A DNA stretch of 62,106 bases, filler included, from Sphacelaria rigidula (taxonomy: Eukaryota), in NCBI GenBank assembly GCA_964200075.2. It is 11 parts of 11 records of this genome, joined end to end, with 100 filler letters (N's around TTAATTAATTAA, not from the genome) between each part and the next. Parts side by side here need not be neighbours in the genome. Positions count along the whole stretch, not along the records: positions 11,312 to 16,866 come from CAXNAA020026363.1; positions 16,967 to 22,521 come from CAXNAA020026364.1; positions 22,622 to 28,176 come from CAXNAA020026365.1; 8 more parts are not named here. One strand, 5' to 3'. A program made the translations under genes and the position numbers. Of this stretch, positions 12,076 to 25,589 are shown piece after piece. The notes below the pieces were generated by a model that worked only from the letters and a program-made list of their open reading frames with translations, was not told the DNA's origin and searched no databases. Position 1 is the first letter of the stretch; the number at the start of each line of letters is the position of its first letter.

Positions 12076-12771
12076 TTAAACACTATGTAGTGTGATCACC
12101 CCCTTTGCGCGGAGTTGAGGTTCTCCCACACCGCACAATATGATCTAGCTCGATCACCATCATGGTTCCCGCAAAAAACGCAGGCCCGCAAAACAAAATC
12201 GGTAACCTGATTGCCTAGCTTTCGCAGTGAGCGGCGTGTTTTACAGCGTCGTCGCCAACCGACGCCAACCGCATAGGGGGGTGGGGGAGCATTTGTGGAC
12301 TTGTGTACTTCATTCAGCCACTGTCAGTGTCCGTGGATAAAGCTAACATTTTTTTCCCAGTCTTCCACGGTGATTTGCTTTCGTGTAATGTAATTTTTTA
12401 CATATGATATCAGAAAGAAGAACCCAATAATCACATATTCGATTTTGTGTCCTCCTGAAACTGAGACGTACATATAATTTGTTACACTGCGCCTGATTAC
12501 TTTTGTTTTTTTCGAGTCTGTTTCGTTTTCTTTATTTTCCCATCTCTCAGGTGGGCGAGCTTTGTCGATCCGGGAGTGTGTATACACGTTTTTTTTTTTT
12601 TTTGACACATTAGCGCGTAACCCTTCGGGCGCGAGGCTTACTTCCGGGAACGTGTCATCCGCTGACCTTCAATGCAGTCAACTCTGACGCTGTGGTTGAA
12701 TGCTTACTCTTTGTGAGTAAGTAGTCGCCCCCAGTGGTGACGTGCCGCGTATCTCTTGGTCGCCAACCAAC

Positions 12772-13939
12772 CAGAGGTGGGCACCGGCAGCCAAAAAACA
12801 CGGTCACCGGATAGGAGGCCTTATTCTCGCAATAAAAAATATCGGTTAAACCGGTTTTTTCACCCGGCTTAACCGGTTCACCCATAACCGGTTTAGCCTG
12901 ATGAGCGAGGGAAAACGCCTCCAAATCATTGAAGCGCAGGTAAATTAGGCGTTGTTGTCATGTGTTTCATGTGTGGTGTGTGATGGATACGCTCAAACAC
13001 ACCCGTTGCCGGTGACGGCAAGGTTCAATCTCACACCCCCGCACCCCGTGCAACATCTGTCCAACGTACAGCACGGAGACTAGTGACACCAATTTGAATG
13101 CTTGATAGGAAGTGGTGTGGGTGAATATTCGAACAGCTGCCGTTCGAATATTGAAACCGGCGTGGACAAATCGACGAGGCATATCACGAAAGACTATTCT
13201 GTCCACGTGAAGAATCTCCGGCGTGAGCTATTGCGTACAAGCCAACATAGGATACCGAAAGGGAAAAGTCTGCACCCCACGCCCCGGCCGTCCCTGCAAC
13301 GCAGTGCCCAAAAATGGTAGGGGGAGCAAGGGTAATGCTCTCCCTCACCTTTGCATGGAAAAAACTGCAGCGCCTCAGTGTTCAAAACAACGCAAACAGC
13401 GGACAACGGAAAACCCACACTAGACGCTGCAAAAAAATTACGTGAACCACGCGATCCCGTCTTCTCTCTCGGCAATGTTGCCCTACGTAATGAATGATGA
13501 CGCAATAATAGTACAAGGGTGATAGGCGACAAGACATCATCTCAATTTTTATCAAGAAGAAACTTCTTGTGTACGCCAATATCATAATAGTGCTCTCCGT
13601 CAGGAAACTTCAGAAGATCTTTAGAGTAAACAGAAATTCACGACCACTTGCTTCGCCTAAAAAGCGCGTAGTCTTACATTACTCTGTATGACATTGTCAC
13701 TCAAACACCAACACTTGACTCCTCTCCGCGAAAGACTCCTCTTTCGCTGCCAAACTTGGCCGCCATCGAACCGGTTTAACCCGCTCAACCGGTTTCACCG
13801 CGCCGGAATAACGCCTCTTTTCTTCCCGGTTAAACCGGTTCACCGGTTTCACCGGGACAGAACCGGAACACGTAAACGCTTACTAGGGGTTCCAACAACC
13901 GGGTACAATCGGTTCCATTCTCAACGGTGCTCACCTCTA
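12772..13939. mobile_element. Non-autonomous hAT-like DNA transposon (~1.17 kb)
   Basis: TIR cagaggtgggcaccg / cggtgctcacctcta; dense subterminal AACCGG/CCGGTT motifs at both ends; degenerate 8-bp flanks caaccaac / tccccaac; no transposase. Confidence 0.7.
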
Positions 13940-14763
13940 TCCCCAACCCGTGGTCATGCAAATAGTTTTTGACCGAAGCGGTCGTGTTTGCCTTGACAGG
14001 TTCCCCGCTGTCCTCGTGAAAATCCAGCTGGCTCGGTGTCTCGCGCCCAAGGGGTTGAGCACGATCGTGAGGTCGACCATGCGACTGACCTTCATTTTTG
14101 TTTTTGTTTGATTTTTCTATGAACTCTAGCTGATGCAACAACTGGTGAACTCTCGCTCGCCCAGCGATTCGGCAGGAGAGTCGCTTTCAAATCAATTCCG
14201 GTGGAGCCGAGAGCACCTGCATAGAGTCATCATTCAAGCCTCCGCCCCCGCCCCCCCCTGGCATGCATGATCATGAGTACACCCTCCCCCCCTCCTATAT
14301 GGGTGCGAGGTCTACGGTCTTATGACTACGGCGTGCAAGATCATAAGTACACCCCCTTCCCCCTTCTCCACCACCATCACCCCGCCGCCCATTTTCACGA
14401 CGTTTGTAGCTATCTGGCCATCACATAGCTTTGCCCAAATTCTAGACCGAAATGTGGCATACAACCGGCCTTCTGAAAACTCTGAGCTGTACCGCATGGT
14501 TCATCCTGGTTACATAGACTAGGCAATCGCCTGTGACCGCACCCCAGTAGATACAGTTTGCTACGTGCGAACAGAACACCCGCCTACCGCAGACCACCAT
14601 GTACGTGAACACTGTTGCCACAATTTCCGTCTAGCTCAGTTCCCGTCTGATCATTCTCCTCCTCGATCGTGCTCCCCTTTTTGCCCCCCCCTCCCTCCCC
14701 TCTTCCGGACATGCTCCTGTTGCCCCCTGGGGCGTTTCCTACCGCTGGCAAACGAAAAAATAG

Positions 14764-15882
14764 GGCATCTGCTTTCTTGGCAAGCTCAAGTTTGACGATT
14801 TTTTAAGGCACTATCTCGGCGAGTCGCCTGGGCCTGTCCTCGACCGCGTGACGGGCGAGCAGATAGGCCAGCATCGCGGTCTATGGTTTCACACCATCGG
14901 CCAGCGGAAGGGCATCGGACCCGTCCTGGACGTCGGCATGGTCCACAAGGGCCCGTGGTTCGTTTCTGGAAAGGATATGTCGTCGAACGTGCTGGAGGTG
15001 ACCAACGATTTCGAGGCCATCGATGGACCCCGGGAGTCGTTTCAGGTATGCGCAAGATGGGACACACGGGTGTGTATGGTGAGGCAGTCCACTTGTTCTG
15101 TCGAGGAAGTTGACAAACCTCATACTCACGGACGCTGGCTACCCTGGAGATACGTGTCAGTGCCCTAGCGTTCGAGTCTAGATTTATCTTTTCACGGGGA
15201 TCCAGGCTGCCAGCAGCCTGCCTCATTGTGCCAGAAAACTCTCCATGATGGTTGTGTAGGAGACCGGGGTCGCGGAACTCTGGGAACGTCGGGAACGTTC
15301 TCTCTCTACAAAGGTACGTACTGGGGAAAACATGAAGAATAAAAAAGGCGTGCGGCCATATTCATTGCGGTTGGTGAGTGCTCTCGAAGCAACTTTCGCG
15401 TCAGTTTTTTTTTTCCCCCTCCTTCTATGCTTGTGTAGCTCGAATTGCTGCCGACCATGCGTTTTGTTTTTACATCAATACCTTGACAAGGCAAAGCCCG
15501 AAACACACAAAACAACACACAGGTCGAGGCATTGCGTTGGATTTCCGATCACGCTCCAGCCGAGTTGGAATCTAGAGGCGACATGCGCCTGCAGATCAAG
15601 ACGCGTCACGGTCCGCAGATGAAAAACTGCGTGCTGCGATTCATCACGGATGGGGACTCGACAGCGACGAGAGCGGACGAACTGGCGGGAACACAGTCGT
15701 CGTCGTCGTCGTCGTCGTCGTTGTCGCCCCAACGAGGGCACGTGCAGCTTGAGATTAAGGATTCCGGCCTCGCTCCAGGGCAATTTGCTGCATTTTACTT
15801 GGGCGAGGAGTGCTTGGGGTCTGGCGTCATCAGCAGTAGTGTCGCTAGGGGTGGCGGTGGAGGAAGTAATTTTGCCGCTTGA
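14764..15882 (+). CDS. mnmA: tRNA-specific 2-thiouridylase MnmA/TRMU, last two exons (14764-15045, 15523-15882)
   Basis: GICFLGKLKFDDFLRHYLG...IGQHRGLWFHTIGQRKGIG...PWFVSGKD / ...IKTRHG...GLAPGQFAAFYLGEECLGSGVI; canonical phase-0 splice sites and a TGA stop. Confidence 0.93.
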
Positions 15883-16177
15883 ACGAATATGGTGGCGGGG
15901 GGGAGCGCTGCGGTTGCAGCAGTGGCAGCGACAGATTGCGCTGCCTCGCCAGCAAGTTTTGGTGGTAATGTCATCGACGAACAAGGAGAGAGGATGGTGG
16001 TGGAACAGGAACGTGTCGGAGCTAATACGTCTACACGATGAATGGGGGGACGGGGGACGGGGGGGGGGGGGGGGGGGAAAGGTTCTTCTGGAATCTCCCT
16101 CAGCCCGATCATCCCACCCGTTCGACCCCAGCGCCCCACCACCCCCNNNNNNNNNNGGGGGGGGGGGGCGGGGGGGG

Positions 16178-16570
16178 GAGTACCCTTTTGTTGCTTGCCT
16201 TAGTCGTTTGACCATTGACCACGAATCCATTTCGAGACGGAGCACCGTTCCTACTCCTGATAGAGATACCTCCAACATTTAGGTGCTCGTTACGTTTCTT
16301 CCATACATTACACAAAAACACATTTTACGTATCTTCTCCCAGTTCTGTTTCGCCGTCTGTGGCCGCAATCTCTCTCCTAAAATAGCCATCGTTTTTTCGC
16401 TACTGTCTAATGCATCAAGCGATCTCATGCCACCCTCGTTCACGTCCCGCATATCCCCCTCTAGCACGTCCCGTTCCTCCTTGTATAGTTCTCATTCTAC
16501 CACTTTACGAATTCTGCTCTCTATTGCTTTGCCACAGGGGCAATTCTGTGCATCTACTTACTCCTCCTCT
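16178..16570 (-). mobile_element. 3' end of a LINE (family 1), including a decayed C-terminal Cys-motif coding remnant
   Basis: Minus strand ...LPCGKAIESR...ELYKEERDVLEGDMRDVNEGGM...NVGGISIRSRNGAPSRNGFVVNGQTTKASNK. The same terminus recurs at 5657-5690, 16601-16666, 28149-28176, 34010-34072, 42607-42670, 44385-44420 and 45242-45317. Confidence 0.75.
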
Positions 16571-16866
16571 GGGGGGCGGGAGGGGCGGGGGAGGGGGGGG
16601 GAGGATACCCGTTTGTTGCTTGCCTTAGTCGTGTGACCATTGACCATGCATCCCTTTCGAGACGGAGGGAGGGGCAGGAGGGGGGGTGATTGGAAGCAAA
16701 GAAAAGAATACTTCGGTTATTTCTCGAGAATGGTCGTGGTGGTGTTGTTCATTCCACCTGGTACACCTTGGTATTGAAACGTCGGATAATGTGATGGTTG
16801 TGTCAGACAGTAGATCTATTTTGGGATTGGTCTCTGTTCTATGCGACAGTTTCGATTATCGGCTCA

Positions 16867-16966
16867 NNNNNNNNNNNNNNNNNNNNNNNNNNNNNNNNNN
16901 NNNNNNNNNNTTAATTAATTAANNNNNNNNNNNNNNNNNNNNNNNNNNNNNNNNNNNNNNNNNNNN
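16867..16966. other. Artificial contig-joining spacer
   Basis: Same 100-nt linker. Confidence 0.98.
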
Positions 16967-17504
16967 GCTCCCATCTGCTAGCCAGCGAAAGGAAGTCTAA
17001 CCATCGGTGAGGGATATTGGCTGGTCTGCGTTGGATTGATTGAGTGGTATCGGAGTTAGAATCAAGATAATTAAGAGAGAAGTCAAGAACCTATTGCGTG
17101 CACCTCGGCTAACATCTGGATATTGAGCAAATTGCACGGCATCTACAAGTTGTAACAGCCTGACGGGTTGTACGCTTGCCCGCCAAGCTTGTGCCTTAGG
17201 TTGCAAGCTGTGTCCTTGCATTTATACTGCCGCTTGCTCTTTATCACAGTTTTTCCTTTGATCAGACCTTGCCAGATCGCAGTGCTACGTGGATCTGAAG
17301 ATGCGCGCTGATTTGACGCCATTTTTGTGATGTTCCTATTTCTATATGCGTGACGGCCAGTACTATATGTATCCGTTGCTTGAACCATTCATCGATGATG
17401 CGACAACCGTCCGTTGGTGACGGAAGAACCTAACTTCACCCTGACACCAGTCCCGAGATCGCAACGGTACGGTGTTTCACAAACTTCGGGATCACGAAAG
17501 ATCG

Positions 17505-18110
17505 ACGGGCCGTGAGTTGTGAGTCCAGTTATTGTGTCGATGCGGAGAGACTCGGAGACTATTCCCCGGGAGAAAGGGGCGTGGTCGTTGTGGCGTTCGT
17601 GACCGGCAAATGAGCGGGAAAAGAGCCAAATATGTGAGCGCTATGGTTGGAGTTGGTGCGTAGACTCCCTTCCGCGCGATGTGCCGCATCAGGTACAGTG
17701 TAGAGAGCGATGGCCTAGCAGAGGTATGTTGTCGGTCGATCGGTGGCCCAGACAAGGTACGGTTGAAAAAGAACTCCTAGATCAGGTATACCTGGGCGAA
17801 GTTTGGCCTACAAAAGGTGAGTGTTTTCTGAAAGCAAAACGTCCGTTTTCGCGTGGCCATATATCGCGAGTAACATTTCTTTTTCCGTTTTGTTTTCGAG
17901 GCTCGGGTGCTTATGCCCCCCCGAATGATGTGCGTGAAACCTTCGGAGCGAAAACGGTCGAAATGGCGTGTTTTGCTATTTTTGCGAATCTGGTCATTTT
18001 TCGTACCTTTCTTGGCCAAAAAACGATGAGGTATACCTTTTCTAGGTCATTGTCCTTTTCAATTTTACGATGCTGCTGCGAAGCTTGGCTCAAATCATTC
18101 TCATGATACT
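17505..18110. repeat. Dispersed non-coding repeat; inverted homolog at ~38560-39150 and partial copy at 50897-51030
   Basis: Long shared blocks, e.g. ctagatcaggtatacct, cgtccgttttcgcgtggccatat, gatgtgccgcatcaggtacagtgtagagagcgatggcctagc. Confidence 0.8.
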
Positions 18111-18214
18111 TGAGTTTCGAATGTTTCAACAGCTTTCAAATAATAGGTACCATGTTCCTCCCCAATATTTGGGTAGCTGTAGCTTGGGGCGTGATGCGGT
18201 TGTGCTGTGGGTAC

Positions 18215-21200
18215 TGTAGCCTCTGCCAGACGATCTGGACAAGAGAATGATCCACGAGGGACTCATCCAATAGCACTGGCCTCGTGCTCAACAAGTCCTT
18301 CCTTCTCACTCGTTATAACCACGAAGTGATCCTCAACAGACGACATCACAGATGAGGATCATCAGTTCGGGATCCCCTGTCCCCTGCCACTGCTCCAATC
18401 ATGGATGCGATTATACTGAAAGCTACGACTTGGTATCATTTGGCTACAGCACCCCCAAAGCGAGTTCAAGACAAACGAACGAACGTGACAGCCAACGAAA
18501 ACCAAGGCGGAATCGCATGCGCCAGATCACAAAGAAATACCATACTCCGACGCCAATTTACTAGTCAGTGCCCGAGTCAACCGCTTTTTACGCAGTTCCT
18601 TAAAAACAAATTCAGGCGCAGAAGAATGAATCTTGCGGAGAGACTCCCACGTACGTTCTTCAGCACCAAACCCTTCCCAATCGATCAAAACAACGACATC
18701 AGCATTGTCATCCTCAGCGACGTGCACCAAAGCATTCATCCGACATTCACCTTGAGCATATGAATGCTGAAATACATCTCTTAGTTCCGCAGTGATGTGC
18801 AACTGCGAGTCAGCATAGAAACGTAAACGAGCGATATGGGCCGAGTGCACGGCGCCAGAAACAATGTTCTGCACCGAATACACGTGAGCGTGATCGGCTC
18901 CGACCACTCGTCACGGACTCGTCCACGTGGATATCAACTCTGGCGTCAAACCTTGCCTCCGAACACGGGCATACAAGACGAAATCACCAACTGCAAATTG
19001 GGCAACACAGCCGGGTCCCGAGCAAGCTTGCGTTTGGTTGCGTGAGACACCGCGACAGCAGCTTGCCTTTCGTTACAAAACTGCGCTTGCTTGTCAACCA
19101 CGCCTGGAACCTTGTCATGCAACGAATCAGCACCCATGACATCGACGTTCCACTCGCCACCAGTGACGAAAGCCAGCGCGGAAAAGGCTGTACGCCGCGT
19201 ACGCCGAAACATCACATAATACGGAGTGTTACGGTAGCGTTCACGAAAAGAAGTATTCAACGCTCACTGAGCGGCTGGCAAGACATCAACCCATTCAGAC
19301 ATCGGCCGTCTTTGTTCCAACAAAACAGACCGCAACGCACAAATAACCTCTTCCACCATGCGTTCACAAGCACCATTCGACCAAGGGGTATACGCAACAG
19401 CCAATTGGTGTTGCACCTTGAGCGCATTGCTCAGCTGCGCGATCACTCGATTCTTGAAGTGCGTGACGGTATTACAAACCCAAACACGCGGCACCCCCAA
19501 AGTCTTGCACCAATCGAGCAGGTGCTTAACCGTCACCTCAGCGGTGCAAGCCTTGGTCGTCTCCAAGCAAACGAAATTGGACAAATCATCCATGGTAATC
19601 AAAACGTACCGAAAACCATCCTCCCCAGGCAAACCTTCAGCACCTTCAGGTCCGCTACTTCCAACGCACAGAAAATCAAAGTGAACAACTTCACCTGGCG
19701 CAGTGCCATGCACAGTATCACCATACGGACGAGTTACAATCTCACCAGCACGAGTGTCTACACAATGCAAACACTGGTGAACGAACTCGCGAACGTGGGC
19801 ATCCATGTGAGGCCACACACAGTATTCTTTTGAACTAAACAGAGTCGACGCCACACCACGGTGATCAGCGGACCGCATGTGAGCGCACACCATTAAGCGA
19901 GTTTGTAGAGCTTCATCATTCGACGCAACCCAAAAATCGTCACTACTGCCAACACGCACGCGAAACAAACCATCGTCAGCCAAAGTAGCTTGACCGAAAG
20001 TCGTAGGGAAATAATGAACACCGTCACCGACTGTTTTGCGCTGCGCGGTACGAATGACATCTAGCGAGGGCAACGAATCATCGGCATTACACGGGCTGTA
20101 CATGACAACAGAACGGACAGGCACGGTAGGAACCTTCACCAAGCGAGACAACAAATCTCCCCCAAAAATGCGCTCTCCAGGAATATGTTCACTGACATAC
20201 CGATATTGTTGTTGGGCTCCCAGCAACTCCCGCATATCTTCTTGGCTTGGCATCACCCCCGGAGACTGTTCCACTTGCGCGTTCACCGCCTGATAGTCGC
20301 TGGCCAAACGGAATGTGTCCCTCTCCGGCACCGCCTTCGCCGGCCTTGCCCACACAGCCTGAATATTCTTAATCAACAAACCGAATGCCACCAAAACTGC
20401 GATGCATGAAGTAAGCCACACGGTCTTCACCGGATCGCAGCGGCGAGGCTTGGCCTTCACAGTATCCTTCATTGGCTCCACGCGCGCTGGCGGAATGTCA
20501 CGCAGCACACGACGAAATGTATCTACGCGACGAGCCAAAATATCGCGCAGACAATATGAGCCATCGGCGCTCAGGCCCTTCTGCTCGGCCTGCCGCACAC
20601 TATCATCGAGCGCACATTCCCGTGCACCTCTCTCCTCTGCTGGGTCCATGAACATATCAGGCCCCTGATCGACCAAGCGCTCTATCGTTTCATCGGCAGG
20701 GGCCTCCTCCTCATTGGCCCATTGGAATGACCGTACGGATGCGATCACACGCCTTGCAGCGAGGTAACTGAGGTTTTTCACGCCGGTTTGCACCGGCACA
20801 GCACGCGGACGTAACACCTTCAACGCCAGCGGATATATATCAATCCCAAGCCCCTCCATTGTCGCCATCCCAAATAGAACCACGTTGTCCCTACCGGGCA
20901 TGGCAGCGAAAGTAATGGGCTGCAACTGCACAGCCCCCCACGGCGTACGCACGCTAACAGCAATTGGCACCGTTTTGTGTTTAACCGTCACGGGAGCACC
21001 CGTGGCGGTCTGTGCCGTTTGCGGTCTGTTTTCGAACGGAATCTAAAGCTGAGTGCCGCCAAACTGCGAAGACATGTGCTTTAACAGCCCCACACCGATC
21101 GACGTGAGGGCGGACCCAGAATCCAGAATAACGCGGGCCATGAACGAACCTACAGAACCAGGCAAGGCTAAATCTGCGCGTAAGCATTCATCCTTGCAAT

Positions 21201-22521
21201 CGACAGGTATCACGCCTGCCGAAGAACCCAGTTCTGCCCCAAGAATCACCTGACGCCAGGGCTGCCCTCCAGCACTTGGCATAGATAGCAGCGAATCGTC
21301 GGTCCAACCAGACCAAGTCGCAGAATATGCAGACGGCGCTGTTACAGCGGTCGCAGCAGTAGGGGATGCACCAGAAACGGATCCTGCCTGGCCGAGGGGT
21401 TGCGAGCTATTCGCTCCATCACTCCCCACCGAAGTATTAGCATTTCCCACGTACACTGTCCGCCCCGCTACGGACGAACCATAAGATCCAGAGTCACCAC
21501 CTGATGGCGTAGTGGAAGAAACAGCAGCGGAGGTACCACCGTCTGCCGCCGATTGCTTGCTACCGCGGCCGCCGCGCCCGCGTCCCTGATTGGCACGGTC
21601 CCGTCCACCGTGACGACCGCCCCGAGATCCTGATGAATCTCGTGCATTGCCCTCTGCCGCACCTTGAGCGCAAGGCTTGGGGCAGTCCTTAATTATATGT
21701 CCGGTGTCGCCGCAGTTGTAACACGCACGAGTGGATGACTCTCGCGAAGACGGCTGCTGTTGCTATTGCTGTTGCTGTTTGCGGCGCATACCACCTGCAC
21801 TTGTTGCAGGATCGCGCCGGCCATGTGCTTCAATGAACTTCCACTTGTCGGCCGCCTCAAAAATGTTTTTGAACACCACCGTCGGCTTCTTTTTCCAGCC
21901 GTCAACATACGTTTGTACACTTCTAACATGCGCCTTGAATTCCGGGGGCGAAATCCCGTCCACCAAAGCTATGGAAACCGACTCGGTCGGGCCTGGCAAC
22001 CAACTCCTATCCTCCGCACGGTACATGGCTTGCACCATCAGGTTTTCTGCAAAAAACCGTGCCATATCTGAACTGACCATCATAGCACGATCCTTCACGG
22101 AGTTTTTATCGTTATTCTTCATTGTAAGTACCTTACGCAGGTCTGCTGCAGCCCGCGCAGCGTCATGCTTTCCACCGGTTGTAGTATACCCGGCATGCTG
22201 CTTCACAGCATCAAGCAATTCATCGGGGGTTATAGCCCGACCGTCCTTGTACATGTTTTCGAAGCAGCGGTGCATGTAGACAGGAGGTCGAAGGAGTGCC
22301 CCCCTCTGCTGTGCGCTTCAAGTAGGTCTCCTCCTGTCTGTGGGCTAAACTGATTCTAAGCTGCTGTCCAACTTTCCTCCTCAGCCAAAACTCCTCAAAC
22401 AGAGTGCCGGAAGAACATCTAGATATTGTAGCCTCTGCCAGACGATCTGGACAAGAGGACTGTGTTGGTGTGAACAGCCTTTTCAGTGTAGTCTGCAGTA
22501 CTGACAAACCACGTTACGAAG
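18215..22521 (-). mobile_element. Degenerate Ty3/Gypsy (chromodomain-integrase) LTR retrotransposon with an internal RT/RNase H deletion
   Basis: gag-like 21763-22275; protease ARVILDSGS ~21120; RT start FRLASDYQAVN; integrase H-H-C-C and VHFDF/DDLS/PWSNGACERM; chromodomain VLIDWEGFGAEERTWE at 18527-18907; 3' LTR 18215-18448 (tgtagcc...ggctaca) next to a PPT-like tract; first 31 nt repeated at 22427. Confidence 0.92.
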
Positions 22522-22621
22522 NNNNNNNNNNNNNNNNNNNNNNNNNNNNNNNNNNNNNNNNNNNNTTAATTAATTAANNNNNNNNNNNNNNNNNNNNNNN
22601 NNNNNNNNNNNNNNNNNNNNN
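22522..22621. other. Artificial contig-joining spacer
   Basis: Same 100-nt linker. Confidence 0.98.
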
Positions 22622-25589
22622 CCAGTACATGTAGGTCTCCTGTAGTTCAATCGGTCTCATACCGATCTTTCGTAGTGCGGGTGCCCTATTTTCGTAATAA
22701 TAATAACAATAAGAAGAAGAAGAAGTACGTGAAATTGTCGTAGGAAGACATGCTATCCTCAACTTCTTCCTCTTGCCAGCTCTCTTTGAAAGCAACACTT
22801 TTGGGCAACGATGCCGTTTCCGATCGGTCGCGATCGTACTTTTATTTTCCGGTGTCAACGAAGACAGACATATACGGCGGGCGCACGACCGACCGCGGCG
22901 CGCACAAAGCTCAGGTCTTTTTAGCTGTCACAGGCGGCGCGATGTGCAGACTGAACGGATGATGGTATTTTCAGCTCTCCATCTTGCTTGTGGATTGCAC
23001 CACAACATGGAGGTCGGGTTTGCTGCCTTCGCAACAGCGACACGACAGTCCTCTTCTCGAAAGACCAGGGCCACATCAAAAGCGTTCCATCATTGATCCA
23101 CAGCTACACGTTCTTCAAATAGAAGGCGTCCTAGCGCCAAGCATCCACGTGCTACTCATGATGGTCTCGCGTGTGAACGTCGTTTTGTGCTGCTGTGTCG
23201 GAACACTGTGCGTGCTCGACTCATAAATTGTAGAGGTGCCAAGGCAGGCGCCGAGGGAACAGTCGAATTCAAGTTCACGACAAATACTGCGTGCGAATAC
23301 CCTTTCCGTTTCGGTAACTCGGCAAATGATAAGTTGATCTGCTGCCGAGGTCAACCTGTGAACCGTATTATGTCGTTTGTACTGCCGCTGAATTTACGTG
23401 CTGTTGGGTGTTCTAAACGTCGAACCCCCCCCGAAACACGCGCACCTTACACATACAGCATTCAGTGCTCAATTTCCCGAGCACAACTTACGCCCCCTTT
23501 CCCTCATTCACACGCCCGTTGTGGCTATCGTGACCTCCCTCTTCCATCGCACCTCAATCGATCTCTATGAACAACGTGAAATAAACAAAATAAATCAGAC
23601 CGGGGAGTCTTCCCGATTGTGCACTATTATAGCGTTACCACCACGAGTAACACAACGGGTTGCCCCCTCAAAAACCCAATACACGGCGCGAAAACCCCAG
23701 CTACCATACCTCAGAGGGAATTGCGAGCACTAGAGAATGGAAAAGCACAAGGGCAAGGACTACTGTATCTATACCATGTGCGCATTCCAGGGATTCGTTC
23801 TCGATGTGTGAAATAATTTCGCGCAAATAAATGTCTGGGGGGCGTTTCCATGTAGACGCAACCGCGGACTCTCTACAGGTATACTCGAGGCTGATTTTGA
23901 GCTTCCTTGCAACACAAGCGCCCGGAACTCTCATGTTGCGATCGAATCTAGCCTGCTTCCTATCCAGGATCAAACCTCAACAACTGCAGCAACCCCAGCG
24001 AGCACCTACCTCCAAGCGTCTGCTGGGGAAGAACATACATCTTGAAGATCTACAGAACATGGCAGGTCTGAGGAGACGGGGAAATGCAGCCACACACTGC
24101 TCTCTCGCGACACAACCATGGATTTGCTACACGGACGAAGATCTACCCACCATTCCCCACATACGCGGAGATACATACATCGGGCTTGCCCATGCAGCAA
24201 GGCACCCGACTGCTAGGCGACCGGCAGACAAATTCCAAACCAAAACGGTTCAAAAAGCAGGGAACGCGACTGCCGAGCTCGGGATGTAGTCACAGCCGAC
24301 AAAAACAGACGCACACGTCTTGATTGCCAGGTTGAGGGCCGAAATGTAACGCGGGTTCCGTCGACATACACCGCGAAATTCGGCCTCTTCTCAATATTCA
24401 GGAGCAAAACTGATCATCGAAGCTATGGTGCAATTACGCGACCATCACGAACAAAAAACGAATCATGGCCAAAATCTAAATCTTGCGGGGGATTTCGCTG
24501 CCGCGACGTCGACCACTATGGAAGCCGAATACCTCACGGACCCTGAAGTAGCGCTCCAGTAAATACATGAATACTTCAGGGGCATCAACGTCGCCGCGTC
24601 ACCACTCTGGCATGTTCGAGTCGTACGACCATCCGTTCTTGACTTTCACGGCATCCTGCTCATCGAGTTGCATTCCGTGAGAATTCAGGGCGGACATGGG
24701 TGGGCGATCGATTGCACGGTGAATGAAATCAGGGAGTTGAAAACCTACAGCAGCGCATGAGTTCAGAAGAAAAACGGAAGAAGCGGGGTAGCGCGTACAT
24801 GGTAACTTTTGACCTGTAGAAGATGCTCAAACGACAAAACCGAACTTTCTAATTGTTCCCAACACAGCACGATCTTTGTTCCTCGTGCTTCCATGGACCT
24901 CAACCCTTCCGTGAAACCTCCAAGTTTTTTGTACGAACTGACCAAATACAACCGTTGCTGTTTCGACACCATGGGAAAACATTCAGAACTAGATCAATCC
25001 GGGTCCGCCAGAGCTCGCTGCCACCGGCACGTAAACTTCTCGTATCAGGAAGAGATCGGAAAAACTCCCCTCCCAGCACTACGAGAAATCCGGCCAACCG
25101 TGAGCTGGTAGCTACCCAGCTCTACATCATTTCTCCCACAAGTACTATGCACCAAGTTTTGTTTGGGGTTACAGCTTTTTCGAGCACACCATGACGACCG
25201 TGGTACCAACCCAACAAGAATAATCTCGAAAACTCACCACATTGACGTCCTTGACCTTCTCCTCGAAGTACTCGCTAGTGTTTTCGGTGTGGATGACGTT
25301 CCCTAGAGCCTTGATCAGATCCTCTGTGATCTCCCTGCATTCTGCGCCCTAGCGGGCATAGACGCAAAAGAAATGGTACGCTGTCTTCATCAGGCTAGTG
25401 TTCCGCAGCATACTGCACATGAAAAAAACTGCGACATTGGACAAAAATTATCAGTCAACCCCAGTCAGAACGCTCATCTCCAATGAAATGTAGATAGGCG
25501 ATGGAACGGTACGAACACCGAGCATCGAGGAGTTTGCAGATTCCGACGTGATTTATTGGCTACAATCTTTAGTGGTGAGTAGTCAGCGT

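Noticed and set aside
15475..16282. Long overlapping ORFs of 267 and 210 aa
   Set aside because: Shadows of the mnmA exon running through G/C tracts, Ns and a LINE tail
19042..19833. 263-aa plus-strand ORF
   Set aside because: Antisense shadow of the Gypsy integrase
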